Assembly: GCA_035470785.1 (NCBI GenBank)
Contig: DATIQN010000006.1
Coordinates: 11,111-75,110, forward strand
Reading direction: 5' to 3'
Source of the DNA: Croceibacterium sp.
GTDB lineage: Bacteria > Pseudomonadota > Alphaproteobacteria > Sphingomonadales > Sphingomonadaceae
DNA: 64,000 nt
Shown here: in pieces, positions 19,029 to 30,153 of the stretch
How positions within the stretch are numbered: the stretch's first letter is position 1
How the letters are laid out: every line of letters starts with the position of its first letter
Program-made: the position numbers and the translations under genes
Notes under the pieces: generated by a model
Database searches by the model: none
The model's input: the letters and a program-made list of their open reading frames with translations, nothing else
What the model was told of the DNA's origin: nothing

Positions 19029-20368
19029 GCTGCCGGCTCTTGTGCGGAGACTTCGGCTCCGGTTAGCTCGGCGACCAAGTGCCGGAAGCAGTCGCCGCGC
19101 GCCTCATAGTCCTTGAATTGGTCGAAACTCGCGCACGCGGGCGATAGCAGGATGACGTCGCCGCGCCTGGCGGCGGCCATCGCGCGCTGAACCGCCTCAC
19201 TGAGCATCTCGCACGGCTCGACGTGCATGAACGGCGCCAGGATGTCGGCGAAGTGCGGCCCCGCCTCGCCGATCGTGTAGGCGGCGGCGACGTTGGGGAA
19301 GCCGGAAGCGCATTCGTCGAGCTCGTCGCTCTTCGGCAGCCCGCCGACTATCCAGTGCACACGCGGCCGCGGATCCGCGGGGTAGGCAGACAGCGCCGGC
19401 GCGGCCGAAGCCGCGTTGGTCGCCTTGCTGTCGTTGACGAAGGTGACCCCGCCGAAGGTGCCGAGCACCTCCATCCGGTGCGGCAGGCCCCGGAAGGTCG
19501 CTAGACCCGCCTCGATCGCGTTGTCGGACAGCCCCAGTTCGGTTGCGATGGCCGAGGCGATGGCGGCGTTCTGCAAGTTATGGGGCCCCTTGAGGCCAAG
19601 CCAGCCGGGTTGGCGCGTGAGCAATGCAGCAGGATCGGCGCAGACCGCGCGGCCGCGCGTGCGCCGCAGCGCCTGCTCCGTGTAGATCGCCTGGGTCGGT
19701 TCGTCCTCACACCCGAACACCGCCAAATGCCCTTCGCCCTGCATGGCGAAGAGGCGCGCCTTGGAAGCGGCGTAGGCGGTGAATCCGGGGTAGCGGTCGA
19801 GGTGGTCGGGGGTGACGTTGGTCAGCGCCGCGGCTTCGCAATCGAGGCTGTAGGTCAGGTCGATCTGGTAGCTCGACAGTTCGAGCACATAGACGCCGCC
19901 TGCAGTAAGCGGGTCCTGCGCCAGGATCGGCAAGCCGATGTTGCCACCCATCCGCGCTGGCACTCCGGCCTGGTCGAGCAAGTGGTGGACCAGCGCGGTG
20001 GTGGTCGACTTGCCGTTGGTGCCGGTGATGCCGACGACTTTGTGCGACGGCAGGCTCGGGCGGGCGAGCGCGAACAGCTCGATGTCCCCGATCAGCGGCA
20101 CCCCGGCTTCGCGCGCCCGCGCGGAGATCGGATGGGTGTTGAGCGGCACGCCGGGAGACAGCACTAGGCCGTCGAACCCGGCCAGCTCGATCTCCAGCGG
20201 ATCGCCGATCGCGGCCTGCCCGGCAACCTCTTCGCGCGGCCCCGGTCGCCGGTCCCATGCTGTGACATACGCTCTGCTGGCGTGCAGCGCCGCGACCGTC
20301 GCCAGCCCCGAACGGGCGAGGCCCAACACGGCGTAGCGCTTGCCGGCGAAGGCGGGCGAAACAATCAT
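19025..20368 (-). CDS. murD: UDP-N-acetylmuramoylalanine--D-glutamate ligase
   Basis: 447 aa with [14 protein letters not shown] and Mur ligase domains. There are ATGA overlaps at both ends. Confidence 0.96.
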   Translation of the reverse strand: MIVSPAFAGKRYAVLGLARSGLATVAALHASRAYVTAWDRRPGPREEVAGQAAIGDPLEIELAGFDGLVLSPGVPLNTHPISARAREAGVPLIGDIELFALARPSLPSHKVVGITGTNGKSTTTALVHHLLDQAGVPARMGGNIGLPILAQDPLTAGGVYVLELSSYQIDLTYSLDCEAAALTNVTPDHLDRYPGFTAYAASKARLFAMQGEGHLAVFGCEDEPTQAIYTEQALRRTRGRAVCADPAALLTRQPGWLGLKGPHNLQNAAIASAIATELGLSDNAIEAGLATFRGLPHRMEVLGTFGGVTFVNDSKATNAASAAPALSAYPADPRPRVHWIVGGLPKSDELDECASGFPNVAAAYTIGEAGPHFADILAPFMHVEPCEMLSEAVQRAMAAARRGDVILLSPACASFDQFKDYEARGDCFRHLVAELTGAEVSAQEPAA

Positions 20369-21435
20369 CGCAGCTTCAGCGTCGCCAAGCCGAGCAGCGC
20401 GAGCACGATCGAGACGATCCAGAAGCGGATCACCACGGTCGATTCCGACCAGCCCAGTTGCTCGAAGTGATGGTGGATCGGGGCCATCCGGAAAATTCGT
20501 CGCCCGGTGCGCTTGAACCAGAAGACCTGGATCATCACGCTCGCGGTCTCCATCACGAACAGCCCGCCGACGATCAGCAAAACGATCTCATGGTGGCTGG
20601 CGACGGCGATCGCGCCGAGCGCACCGCCCAGGGCAAGGCTGCCCGTATCGCCCATGAACACCGCCGCCGGGGGCGCATTGAACCATAGGAAGGCGAGGCC
20701 CGCGCCCATGATCCCGGTGCACATGATCGCCAGTTCGCCGGCGCCCGGAACATGCGGGATGCCAAGGTAGTGCGAATAGTCGACGCGGCCGACGAGGTAA
20801 CAGATGATCGCGAAGGTCCCGGCGGCGATCACCACCGGCATGGTCGCCAGCCCGTCGAGCCCGTCGGTCAGGTTTACCGCGTTGCCCGCGCCCACCATCA
20901 CCGTGGCGGCGAAGACGTAATACAAGGGCCCGAGCGGGATAATGCGGTCCGAGAAGAACGGCACATAGAGGTTGGTGCTGATGTGGCCGACGATCAGGTA
21001 GGCGGCGACCCCCGCGACAGCGAATTCGGCGAGCAACCGGACCCGACCCGACACGCCCTTGTGGCTGCGCTTGGCGACCTTGTCGTAATCATCGAGGAAA
21101 CCGATCAGCCCAAAGCCGCCGGTAACTGCCAGGCACGCCCACACGAACGGGCTCTTCAAGTCCATCCAAAGCAGCATGGAGATTAGCAGCGAGGTGAGGA
21201 TCATCAGCCCGCCCATCGTCGGGGTGCCGACTTTGGCGAGGTGCGTTTGCGGGCCGTCGACGCGGATCGGCTGGCCCTTGCCCTGGCGCACGCGAAGCAT
21301 CGAGATGAATTTCGGGCCGATCATCAGGCCGAGCGCCAGCGCCGTCAGCAGCGTCGCCCCGGAGCGAAAGGTCTGGTAGCGGACGAGGTTGAACAGTCCC
21401 TCGAAATCAAGCCATTGCGCCAGCAGGTACAGCAT
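20365..21435 (-). CDS. mraY: phospho-N-acetylmuramoyl-pentapeptide-transferase
   Basis: Start taken at ATG 21435 ([26 protein letters not shown], a typical MraY N-terminus). Motifs include [13 protein letters not shown] and PIHHHFE. The 57 upstream codons in the ORF track overlap murF and were rejected. Confidence 0.95.
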   Translation of the reverse strand: MLYLLAQWLDFEGLFNLVRYQTFRSGATLLTALALGLMIGPKFISMLRVRQGKGQPIRVDGPQTHLAKVGTPTMGGLMILTSLLISMLLWMDLKSPFVWACLAVTGGFGLIGFLDDYDKVAKRSHKGVSGRVRLLAEFAVAGVAAYLIVGHISTNLYVPFFSDRIIPLGPLYYVFAATVMVGAGNAVNLTDGLDGLATMPVVIAAGTFAIICYLVGRVDYSHYLGIPHVPGAGELAIMCTGIMGAGLAFLWFNAPPAAVFMGDTGSLALGGALGAIAVASHHEIVLLIVGGLFVMETASVMIQVFWFKRTGRRIFRMAPIHHHFEQLGWSESTVVIRFWIVSIVLALLGLATLKLR

Positions 21436-21445
21436 TCTCGAACGT

Positions 21446-22903
<1,458 letters not shown>

Positions 22904-22906
22904 TAA

Positions 22907-24370
22907 TCAAGCTCCTTTTGCGGCGGCGCACTCGCGCGCGACCGTCACGTCGTCGAAGGGCAACACGCGCATCGTGTCGCCAGCCCCCACGATCTGTCCC
23001 TGTTCGTGTCCCTTGCCGGCGATCAGCACGATGTCGTCACGGCCGGCTTCGGCGATGACCGCGGCAATCGCCGCGCGCCGGTCACCTATTTCGCGCGCGT
23101 TTGAACCGGCGCCTTCGAGCACGGCCGCGCGGATCGCCGCCGGGTCTTCGCCGCGCGGGTTATCATCGGTGACGATCACCAGGTCGGAGAGTTCCGCGGC
23201 CACCGCGCCCATCGGTTGACGCTTGCCTCGATCCCGGTCGCCGCCGGCGCCGAACACGATGATCAGCCTGCCTTCGACGTGCGGTCGCAGCGCGTCGATC
23301 GCCGCTTCGAGCGCATCGGGAGTGTGCGCGTAATCGACATAGACCGGCGCGCCGCTGAGCGTGATCGCCGCGCGTTCGAGGCGCCCGCGCACGGGCTGTA
23401 ACCGCCCGAGCGCGTCGACGATCCGCGCCGGTTCGCCGCCGGTCGCCAGCACCAGTCCGGCGGCGGTCAAGGCGTTGGCCGCCTGATAAGCGCCGATCAG
23501 CGGCAGAATTACGACTTCGTTGCGCCCCCCGATCTCGATTTCGAGTTCCTGGCCTAGCTGCTTCGGCGCGCGCCCGAGGAGACGAATGTCCTCGCCGCAC
23601 TCACCCACCGTTAAAAGACGAAGACCGCGCTCGCGGACGATCTGTATCACGCGCCCCGACCATTCGTCGTCGGCCCAGACCACGGCCGTGCCGCCATCCG
23701 ATACGACTTCGGAGAACAGTCGCATCTTGGCGGCGAAATAGTCCTCCATGTCGGCATGATAATCGAGGTGGTCGCGCGACAGGTTGGTGAACGCGCCGGC
23801 GGCGACCGGAAGGCCTTCGTTGCGGTATTGGCTCAGGCCGTGGCTCGACGCTTCGTAGGCGACGTGGGTCACCCCTTCGCGCGCAAGGCCCGCCATGTTC
23901 GACAGGAAGGTGACGATGTCGGGCGTGGTCAGCCCGGTCGAGACGCTCTCGTCGGGCGTGGTGACGCCCAGGGTGCCGATCGAGGCCGCGCGCTCGCCGC
24001 ACATGCGCCAGATCTGCCGGGTCATTTCGACGGTCGACGTCTTGCCGTTGGTGCCGGTGACGGCGACGATGGTCTCGGGCACCGGGCGGAAGAACTGCGC
24101 GGCGAGGCGGGCAAACGCCCGGCGCGGCAGAGGGTCGGCAATGTGCGCCGCGCGTTCGACCCGGGCCTCGGGCCGGGCGATCACAGCGATCGCCCCGGCG
24201 CTGACCGCCGCGGGGATGAAGTCTTCGCCGTTGAACGCCGCGCCCTTGAAGGCGCCGAACACGGTTCCGGGGGCGACCTTGCGGTGGTCGATCGCGAAGC
24301 CCGTCACCTGGGCGTCCGACGCAGTTCCCGCATCGAGCCCCGCCGCGGCGGCGAGCGGGCCGAGCTTCAT
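22907..24370 (-). CDS. murE: UDP-N-acetylmuramoyl-L-alanyl-D-glutamate--2,6-diaminopimelate ligase
   Basis: Start taken at ATG 24370 (MKLGPLAAAAGL...), which makes an ATGA overlap with the ftsI stop. Motifs include VTGTNGKTSTV and the DNPR meso-DAP specificity motif (VTDDNPRGE). Confidence 0.95.
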   Translation of the reverse strand: MKLGPLAAAAGLDAGTASDAQVTGFAIDHRKVAPGTVFGAFKGAAFNGEDFIPAAVSAGAIAVIARPEARVERAAHIADPLPRRAFARLAAQFFRPVPETIVAVTGTNGKTSTVEMTRQIWRMCGERAASIGTLGVTTPDESVSTGLTTPDIVTFLSNMAGLAREGVTHVAYEASSHGLSQYRNEGLPVAAGAFTNLSRDHLDYHADMEDYFAAKMRLFSEVVSDGGTAVVWADDEWSGRVIQIVRERGLRLLTVGECGEDIRLLGRAPKQLGQELEIEIGGRNEVVILPLIGAYQAANALTAAGLVLATGGEPARIVDALGRLQPVRGRLERAAITLSGAPVYVDYAHTPDALEAAIDALRPHVEGRLIIVFGAGGDRDRGKRQPMGAVAAELSDLVIVTDDNPRGEDPAAIRAAVLEGAGSNAREIGDRRAAIAAVIAEAGRDDIVLIAGKGHEQGQIVGAGDTMRVLPFDDVTVARECAAAKGA

Positions 24371-26094
24371 TCCGTACCCCCGCCGTCGCCGACGAGCGGC
24401 TTGAGGTCCGACAGGTCGATATCGCGGCTGTCGTCGGGCAAGACGCCGAGCATCGGCCCGATCCGCGGGATCAGTCGTCCGACGATCGGCACCGCATTCC
24501 ACGCGGCGGTGCGCTGGAAAGAGCTGGCAGTGTTGGCCTTGGGATCGTCGAGCATGACGACGACCACGTAGCGCGGCTTGTCCATCGGGAAGGCCGAGGC
24601 GAAAGTTGCCACCACCGAGTGATGGTTATAACCGCCGGCATCGGCCTTTTCCGCGCTGCCGGTCTTGCCGCCGACACGGAAGCCCGGCGCGTTGGCCTTG
24701 CGGCCGGTGCCATAGACGGCGACCATCCGCAGAAGCTGGTTCATGCGCGCGCTAGTGCTCGCCTTGAACACCCGGCGCCCGCGGGCCTCGTCGCCGGGCT
24801 GGACCTTGAGCAGTGTGGCGGGGCGCCAGATGCCGCCGTTGACCAGCGCCGCATAGGCGGCGGCGAGGTGCAGCGGGGTGACGGCAATGCCGTGCCCGAA
24901 GCCGACGGTCATCGTCCGCAAACGCGGCCAGGGCGGCTTGTGCCAGATCGGAAAACCGCGCGCGGGCAGCTCGATATACGGGCGCTCGTTCATGCCGAGG
25001 TCGGCGAGGGTACGCGCCAGACGGTCGCCGCCGAGCTGGTCGGCGATCTGCGCGCTGACGATGTTCGACGAAGGGATCAGCGTCTCGGGAATATTGAGGG
25101 AGGAGCCGAGGTTTTCGTCGTCGTGGATGGTGAAGCCGTCGATATGCAGCGGCGTGGCGGGATAGCGCCGCCCGAGGTCGGTGATCACGCCATTGTCGAT
25201 CGCCGCGGCCACGGTCAGCGGCTTGAAGGTCGAGCCGAGCTCATAGACCTCGTTGGTCACGCGGTTGAACATGCGCGCCTGCCCGTTGGCGTCGATCCGG
25301 TTGGGATCGAACGACGGCAGCGAGGCGAGCGCGAGCACTTCGCCGCTGTCGACATCGAGCACGATGCCCGCCGCGCCGACCGCGTCGACCGCGCGCATCC
25401 CGCTGGCGAGCTCGTCCTCGAGCGCACCCTGGACGCGCACGTCGATCGACAGCGGGATTGGGCGGCCGCGCTCGGCCGGATCGAGCAGGCGGCTGTCGAG
25501 GAACGATTCCATGCCCACGCGGCCGTGCCCGTCGGAGCCGACATAGCCGAGAACGTGCGCGGCGAGGCTGCCTTGCGGATACTGGCGGTCCTTCTCGCCC
25601 GGAGTCTCGAGCGCGAGTTCGCCGATCGCGTTGACCGCGTTGACCTCGTCGGGGAGAAGCCGCCGGCGCAGGTAGCCGGGCTTGCCCGCCGCGAGCAGGC
25701 GCGCGGTCGAAGCCAGGTCGATGTCCGGGAAGATCGCCTTCAGCCGCGCAGCGACGACGCCCGGCGGATTGACCAGCGGGGGTCCGCCGTCACCCAGCGC
25801 GTGGGGATTGTACCACAGCGCATAGGCGGGAAACGCGCGCGCCAGCGGAACGCCGTTGCGATCGGTGATCTCGCCACGCGGCGGCAACAGCGCCTGCGCC
25901 ATCGAATGTGCCGTCGGCGCCGGCTGAACAACGCCGAGCCATGCGATCCGGGTCAGCGCGACGAAGGCGATCAGCGCGAAGCCGCCGGCCAGGATCAGCA
26001 TCCGCAGCTGGGCGGTGAGCAGCTGGTGGTGGCGGATATCGACCAGACGTATGCGCGAAGGCGCGAAACCGGCATCGAACGTCAGTGCGTTCAT
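24367..26094 (-). CDS. ftsI: peptidoglycan D,D-transpeptidase FtsI (PBP3)
   Basis: 575 aa with an N-terminal TM anchor and a PBP dimerisation domain. The transpeptidase motifs STFK, SSN and KTGS(A) are all present. Confidence 0.95.
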   Translation of the reverse strand: MNALTFDAGFAPSRIRLVDIRHHQLLTAQLRMLILAGGFALIAFVALTRIAWLGVVQPAPTAHSMAQALLPPRGEITDRNGVPLARAFPAYALWYNPHALGDGGPPLVNPPGVVAARLKAIFPDIDLASTARLLAAGKPGYLRRRLLPDEVNAVNAIGELALETPGEKDRQYPQGSLAAHVLGYVGSDGHGRVGMESFLDSRLLDPAERGRPIPLSIDVRVQGALEDELASGMRAVDAVGAAGIVLDVDSGEVLALASLPSFDPNRIDANGQARMFNRVTNEVYELGSTFKPLTVAAAIDNGVITDLGRRYPATPLHIDGFTIHDDENLGSSLNIPETLIPSSNIVSAQIADQLGGDRLARTLADLGMNERPYIELPARGFPIWHKPPWPRLRTMTVGFGHGIAVTPLHLAAAYAALVNGGIWRPATLLKVQPGDEARGRRVFKASTSARMNQLLRMVAVYGTGRKANAPGFRVGGKTGSAEKADAGGYNHHSVVATFASAFPMDKPRYVVVVMLDDPKANTASSFQRTAAWNAVPIVGRLIPRIGPMLGVLPDDSRDIDLSDLKPLVGDGGGTE

Positions 26095-26600
26095 TCGCCG
26101 ATGTCTCCGATCGCCGCCGCCAGCGGAATGCGCAGCGCGCCGCCCTCGTGAGTCGCAGAGAGCGCGACACGGCGCACGTCGGGGGCGAGCAGCTTCTCGT
26201 CGACCGGCTTGCCGGTCAGCGGGGAGACAAACTTGGGATAAGGCGGCGCGTCGGCGCCCTTGTCGAGGCTGGCGACACGGATCGGCGAGGGCGCGCCCGC
26301 AGCCCGCGGCGTGCCGAACTTGGCCAGCTGGCGCTCGTTCTCGACGAACTGCGACGCGGTCGGGGCCGAGTAGCCGAATTCGACGCGGTTCCAGCTGGCG
26401 AGTTGCTCCTGGCTCGCGCGGGTCTCGAACTCGGTCTCGAGCAGGGTCTTTTCGTCCTCAAGCGCGACAATCTGGCGCTCCGAGCGGACGACCTCGCTGC
26501 GTACCGCGTGCACTTTCAGGTGCAGCCCGAGATAGCAGACCGTGCACAGGGCCAGCACGGCGATCCAGCCCATCCGGCGCAAGCGGCTTTGCTGGGTCAT
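26091..26600 (-). CDS. ftsL: cell division protein FtsL (alphaproteobacterial type)
   Basis: 169 aa. A single TM segment ([15 protein letters not shown]) is followed by a coiled-coil-like segment ([20 protein letters not shown]). The position between rsmH and ftsI is canonical, with ATGA overlaps at both ends. Confidence 0.78.
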   Translation of the reverse strand: MTQQSRLRRMGWIAVLALCTVCYLGLHLKVHAVRSEVVRSERQIVALEDEKTLLETEFETRASQEQLASWNRVEFGYSAPTASQFVENERQLAKFGTPRAAGAPSPIRVASLDKGADAPPYPKFVSPLTGKPVDEKLLAPDVRRVALSATHEGGALRIPLAAAIGDIGE

Positions 26601-27538
26601 GCGGCCTCCCTGACCGGCGCCGCGGTGCGAACCGCGGACCGTAGTGTGGCCGAACGGGCGCGCGGATTGCGTGCAACCTCGGCCTCGGATGGATGAATGG
26701 CGCGGGAAACCCGGGCGAAGGCCGGAGGGGGTCCGGCCTTCGCCTCGGGCAAATGGCGCGAGGTGCCCTGGTTGGTCGCGCCAGCCTCACGCAGGAAACG
26801 CTTCACGATGCGGTCTTCGAGTGAATGGAAGGTCACCACCGCCAGCCGGCCGCCTTCGCGCAGCACGGCCTCGGCGGCGCGCAGGCCGGTTTCGAGCTCG
26901 TCGAGCTCGGCGTTGACGTGGATGCGCACGGCCTGAAACGTCCGCGTGGCCGGATCCTTGGGCGCACCGGGACGATAGCCGAGCGCCTTGCGCACCACGC
27001 GGGCGAGATCGCCGGTGGTCGCCAGCGGCCGCGCGGCGACGATCGCGCGGGCGACGCGGCGGCTCTGACGCTCCTCGCCATACTGATAAAGTACGTCAGC
27101 AATGTCTTCCTCGCGCGCGGCGTTGAGGAAGTCGGCCGCGCTTTCGCCTTCGCGGCTCATCCGCATGTCGAGCGGCCCTTCGCTCGAGAACGCGAAACCG
27201 CGCCCGGCCTGGTCGAGCTGCATCGACGACACTCCGATATCCATGGCGACCCCGTCAACCCGCGCGACGCCGGCTTGCGCGAGTGCGCTAACCATTTCGG
27301 AAAAACGCCTCTGATGGAGAACCAGCCGCGGCGGATTTTCCCCAGATTCTGGGAACTTGGCGCCCGCGGCGATCGCATCGGGGTCGCGATCGAAGGCGTG
27401 CACCGTCGCTCCGCGGTCGAGAAACGCACGGGTGTAGCCGCCGGCACCGAAGGTGGCGTCGACCACCACGTCGCCCGGTTGCGGATCGAGCGCGGCGACG
27501 ACTTCGTCAAGCAGGACGGGGACGTGAAGCGCGGTCAC
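26597..27538 (-). CDS. rsmH: 16S rRNA (cytosine1402-N4)-methyltransferase
   Basis: Start taken at GTG 27538 ([41 protein letters not shown], a typical RsmH N-terminus). It makes a GTGA overlap with the mraZ stop. The 122-codon upstream extension in the ORF track overlaps mraZ. Confidence 0.93.
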   Translation of the reverse strand: MTALHVPVLLDEVVAALDPQPGDVVVDATFGAGGYTRAFLDRGATVHAFDRDPDAIAAGAKFPESGENPPRLVLHQRRFSEMVSALAQAGVARVDGVAMDIGVSSMQLDQAGRGFAFSSEGPLDMRMSREGESAADFLNAAREEDIADVLYQYGEERQSRRVARAIVAARPLATTGDLARVVRKALGYRPGAPKDPATRTFQAVRIHVNAELDELETGLRAAEAVLREGGRLAVVTFHSLEDRIVKRFLREAGATNQGTSRHLPEAKAGPPPAFARVSRAIHPSEAEVARNPRARSATLRSAVRTAAPVREAA

Positions 27539-28062
27539 TTCTTGCGCCCCTTGCCCGTGTCGGCGGAAAGGTTGCGGCAAGCGGCCTGCGGGCCTTCCCA
27601 GCCCTCGCCCATCGCATAGAGCTGCTCGGGGCTCCACAGCGTGAAGAACTCGCCCGCGCCGTGGAAGAAGACCTCGTCCCGCAAATTCCCCAATTCCGCG
27701 AGATGGTCGGGCAGGACGAAGCGGCCGCTGGCGTCGAACGGGACTTGCTCGAAGCCCCACAGCTGCATCGAGCGCAAGTCGCGGTCGAAATCCTTGCCGA
27801 GGCGGGTGGCCCGCTCTTCCTCGCGGTCGAGGTAGCCGTCGAACGAGGCTGTGCGCGACAGCCCGAAGCCGGTCAGGCATTTCCAGCGGTCGTGCTTGGC
27901 GAGGCACAGCACGCGCTCGCCGCCGCTCGAATCGGTCACCGCCTTGCGAAAGGCCGACGGCAGCGCAAGACGGTTCTTCTCAGCCTTAAGCGAGAAGCCC
28001 TGTCCGCTGTATCCGTTCGGCTTTTCCGCCACCGCCCCAGTACCCCACCCTCGTAAGCTCAA
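27535..28062 (-). CDS. mraZ: division/cell wall cluster transcriptional regulator MraZ
   Basis: Two SpoVT/AbrB-like halves ([18 protein letters not shown]... and [15 protein letters not shown]). It is the first gene of the dcw cluster. The start is uncertain: TTG at 28062 (ORF track) or GTG at 28032 ([13 protein letters not shown]...). Confidence 0.88.
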   Translation of the reverse strand: MSLRGWGTGAVAEKPNGYSGQGFSLKAEKNRLALPSAFRKAVTDSSGGERVLCLAKHDRWKCLTGFGLSRTASFDGYLDREEERATRLGKDFDRDLRSMQLWGFEQVPFDASGRFVLPDHLAELGNLRDEVFFHGAGEFFTLWSPEQLYAMGEGWEGPQAACRNLSADTGKGRKK

Positions 28063-28181
28063 TCCCCGATCGGCAAATCTTCCCCGTTCGAAGCCGCGCG
28101 CCAGCGCGGCCCGACCGCCCGACTCTCGGGCGCGCTTCGGGTTGATTGTCCGATGGACTTGCTATCTATCGCGGGTGGAGC

Positions 28182-28206
28182 GGGGATGAAAGGGGAAATT
28201 AGGGGA
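28182..28206 (+). promoter_or_regulatory. three GGGGA direct repeats at exact 10-bp phasing (candidate MraZ operator)
   Basis: GGGGA occurs at 28182-28186, 28192-28196 and 28202-28206 (GGGGAtgaaaGGGGAaattaGGGGA). This is 120-145 bp upstream of the mraZ start, in the only sizeable non-coding gap before the dcw cluster. Confidence 0.45.
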
Positions 28207-28231
28207 CGAAGTGCGAATTTCGCCAGCAGGC

Positions 28232-28240
28232 TGTGGATAT
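28232..28240 (-). promoter_or_regulatory. DnaA-box-like site (aTATCCACA, 8/9) upstream of mraZ
   Basis: Plus-strand TGTGGATAT equals minus-strand ATATCCACA, one mismatch from TTATCCACA. It lies about 170 bp upstream of mraZ. Confidence 0.3.
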
Positions 28241-28354
28241 ACGGCGAATTGTTGAGACCGAAAAGGCGAACTTACGGATGACTCGGACACCGCACGCCCG
28301 GGGCGTAGGTCCTCCCGCAAAATCCCCGAATCGCGGCGCCGACGCCGGCAAGTC

Positions 28355-28681
28355 TTATTTGTTGGCGGTGTGCTTGATCGTTGTGCCGCCTGCCCCACCG
28401 GAAGCGGAGTTAGCCGGAGCGGCGACGTCGGGCGCGACTCCGGCATCGGCCAGCGCATCGTTGGCCGAAGGCGCCTTTTCGGCCGCCGTGGTCGACACGG
28501 CTTCGGGCACTGCGGCCGCTTCTGTCTGCCGCGCGCGATCCATGATCACGGTTGCCAGGCCCACCAGCAGCCCCATCGCGGCCAGCCCGGACAGCCCGAT
28601 CTGCAGACGCTGGATCGACTGCGCGCGGGTACCCGAAAGCGACATGTAGATTACTTCGGGATCGTCGGGATCGCTGGCCAT
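28355..28681 (-). CDS. small single-pass membrane protein, unknown function
   Basis: 108 aa from an ATG start. One hydrophobic segment (IGLSGLAAMGLLVGLATVIM) is followed by an Ala/Pro/Glu-rich tail. It starts 24 bp after the cysK-like stop on the same strand. I recognise no family. Confidence 0.55.
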   Translation of the reverse strand: MASDPDDPEVIYMSLSGTRAQSIQRLQIGLSGLAAMGLLVGLATVIMDRARQTEAAAVPEAVSTTAAEKAPSANDALADAGVAPDVAAPANSASGGAGGTTIKHTANK

Positions 28682-28704
28682 GGTGCCCTTTTACCGCGCG
28701 ACGA

Positions 28705-29700
28705 TTAACGCAGCCAGTCGAAAACCGGCAGGCTTTTCGCTTCGAGCCACTCGGCGTTGTAGAGGGTCGAGAGATAGCGGAAGCCGGTGTCGCACAGGAT
28801 TGTCGCCACTCGGGCGCCCTTGCCCAACTGCTTGCCCAGCGCGACCGCGCCGGCGACGTTGATTCCGCTCGACAGCCCAAGGCACAGCCCCTCGTCCTTC
28901 AGCAGGCGGGCGACCCATTCGAGCCCTTCCTCGTCGGAAATGCGAAACTGGGTGTCGATCGGTGCGCCTTCGAGGTTGGCGGTGATCCGCCCCTGACCGA
29001 TGCCCTCGGCAACCGAGTTGCCCTCGGCCTTGAGCTCGCCGTGTGCGTAATACTCGTAAAGCGCCGCGCCGTGCGGGTCGGTCAGCGCGATCGTCACCTT
29101 GTCGTCGAATTCCTTGAGCCCGAGGGCCACCCCGGCAAGCGTGCCGCCAGTGCCCACGGCACAGGTGAAGCCGTCGACACGCCCTTCCATCTGCTCCCAG
29201 ATCTCGGGCGCGGTGCTCTCGATGTGCGCCCGGCGATTGGCGATATTATCGAACTGGTTGGCCCAGATCGCGTTGTCGGCCTCTTCGGCGAGGCGGCGGC
29301 TGGTGTGCACGAAGTGGCCAGGATTGGAAAACTTGGTCGGCGGGACGAGGACCAGCTCCGCGCCGAGCGCGCGCAGCGTGTCCATTTTCTCCTTCGACTG
29401 GTTCTCGGGCATGACGATGATCGTCTTGTAGCCTAGGGCATTGGCCACCAGCGCCAGGCCGATACCGGTGTTGCCCGCGGTGCCTTCAACAATCGTGCCG
29501 CCGGGCCTAAGCTCACCCCGCGCCTCGGCATCGCGCACGATCCACAGCGCCGCGCGGTCCTTGACCGAGGCGCCCGGGTTCATGAACTCGCACTTGCCCC
29601 AGATCTCGCAACCCGCCGTTTCGCTCGGGCCCTTGAGCAGGACCAGCGGAGTGTTGCCGATGAGGGCGAGCGTGTCGGGAAGCGCCTTGGGTGCCGTCAT
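28705..29700 (-). CDS. PLP-dependent cysteine synthase / CBS-family enzyme
   Basis: Start taken at ATG 29700 (MTAPKALPDTLALIGNTPLVLL). The PLP-lysine motif NPGASVKDRAAL and the GTGGT loop are present. The 88 upstream codons in the ORF track show no homology. Confidence 0.9.
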   Translation of the reverse strand: MTAPKALPDTLALIGNTPLVLLKGPSETAGCEIWGKCEFMNPGASVKDRAALWIVRDAEARGELRPGGTIVEGTAGNTGIGLALVANALGYKTIIVMPENQSKEKMDTLRALGAELVLVPPTKFSNPGHFVHTSRRLAEEADNAIWANQFDNIANRRAHIESTAPEIWEQMEGRVDGFTCAVGTGGTLAGVALGLKEFDDKVTIALTDPHGAALYEYYAHGELKAEGNSVAEGIGQGRITANLEGAPIDTQFRISDEEGLEWVARLLKDEGLCLGLSSGINVAGAVALGKQLGKGARVATILCDTGFRYLSTLYNAEWLEAKSLPVFDWLR

Positions 29701-29762
29701 GCCAGACCGGTTAATAGGCGCAACGCCGGGCCGCAACGCAATTGCGCTTGTTACGGCTGAAA

Positions 29763-30080
29763 TCAGTCTTCCTGCGCGATCCGCACCTTCAGCCCATCGA
29801 GGTCGGGCGTGAAGGGGATCTGGCAACCGAGGCGCGAGTATTGGTCGCGGTCCCCGCTCGAATCGAGCAGGTCGTCCTCGTCTTCGCTGATCGGCGGAAG
29901 CTTGCCGAAGAACTCCGGGTCGATGTGAACGTGACAGGTGGCGCACGAACAGCAGCCACCGCACAGCGCCAGAAGCTCGTCAAAGCCGTTGTCGCGGATC
30001 GCTTCCATCACCGTCAGCCCGTCGATCGTTTCGATCGTCGAGGTTTCGCCGGAACGAGTGGTGACGATCAGCTTGGGCAT
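29763..30080 (-). CDS. 2Fe-2S ferredoxin (adrenodoxin/putidaredoxin type)
   Basis: Cysteine pattern CGGCCSCATC...C (LCGGCCSCATCHVHI ... SRLGCQI). The ATG at 30080 is preceded by AGGAGA-N10. Confidence 0.9.
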   Translation of the reverse strand: MPKLIVTTRSGETSTIETIDGLTVMEAIRDNGFDELLALCGGCCSCATCHVHIDPEFFGKLPPISEDEDDLLDSSGDRDQYSRLGCQIPFTPDLDGLKVRIAQED

Positions 30081-30153
30081 CGGGCGCAAGTCTCCTAAGG
30101 GGTCAGCGCGCGGCTGCTAGGCAATCGCGTTTCGATTGGCAAGCGGAGCACGC

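Noticed and set aside
24619-26151. 510-aa plus-strand ORF; also the similar plus-strand ORFs 44494-45990, 46411-47850 and 48786-50159, and minus-strand 37917-39035
   Set aside because: These are antisense to ftsI, tamB, tamA and the M17 peptidase respectively. All have Arg/Gly/Asp-rich composition without domains, while the sense genes carry diagnostic motifs.
28121-28332. GANTC (CcrM) sites in the mraZ upstream gap (GACTC 28121, GACTC 28280, GAATC 28328) and GAATC 10947 upstream of ftsZ
   Set aside because: At this base composition, GANTC is expected roughly once per 300-350 bp by chance (my estimate from about 67% GC). Three sites in about 290 bp of AT-richer DNA is not clearly enriched. 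I noted them only as context.
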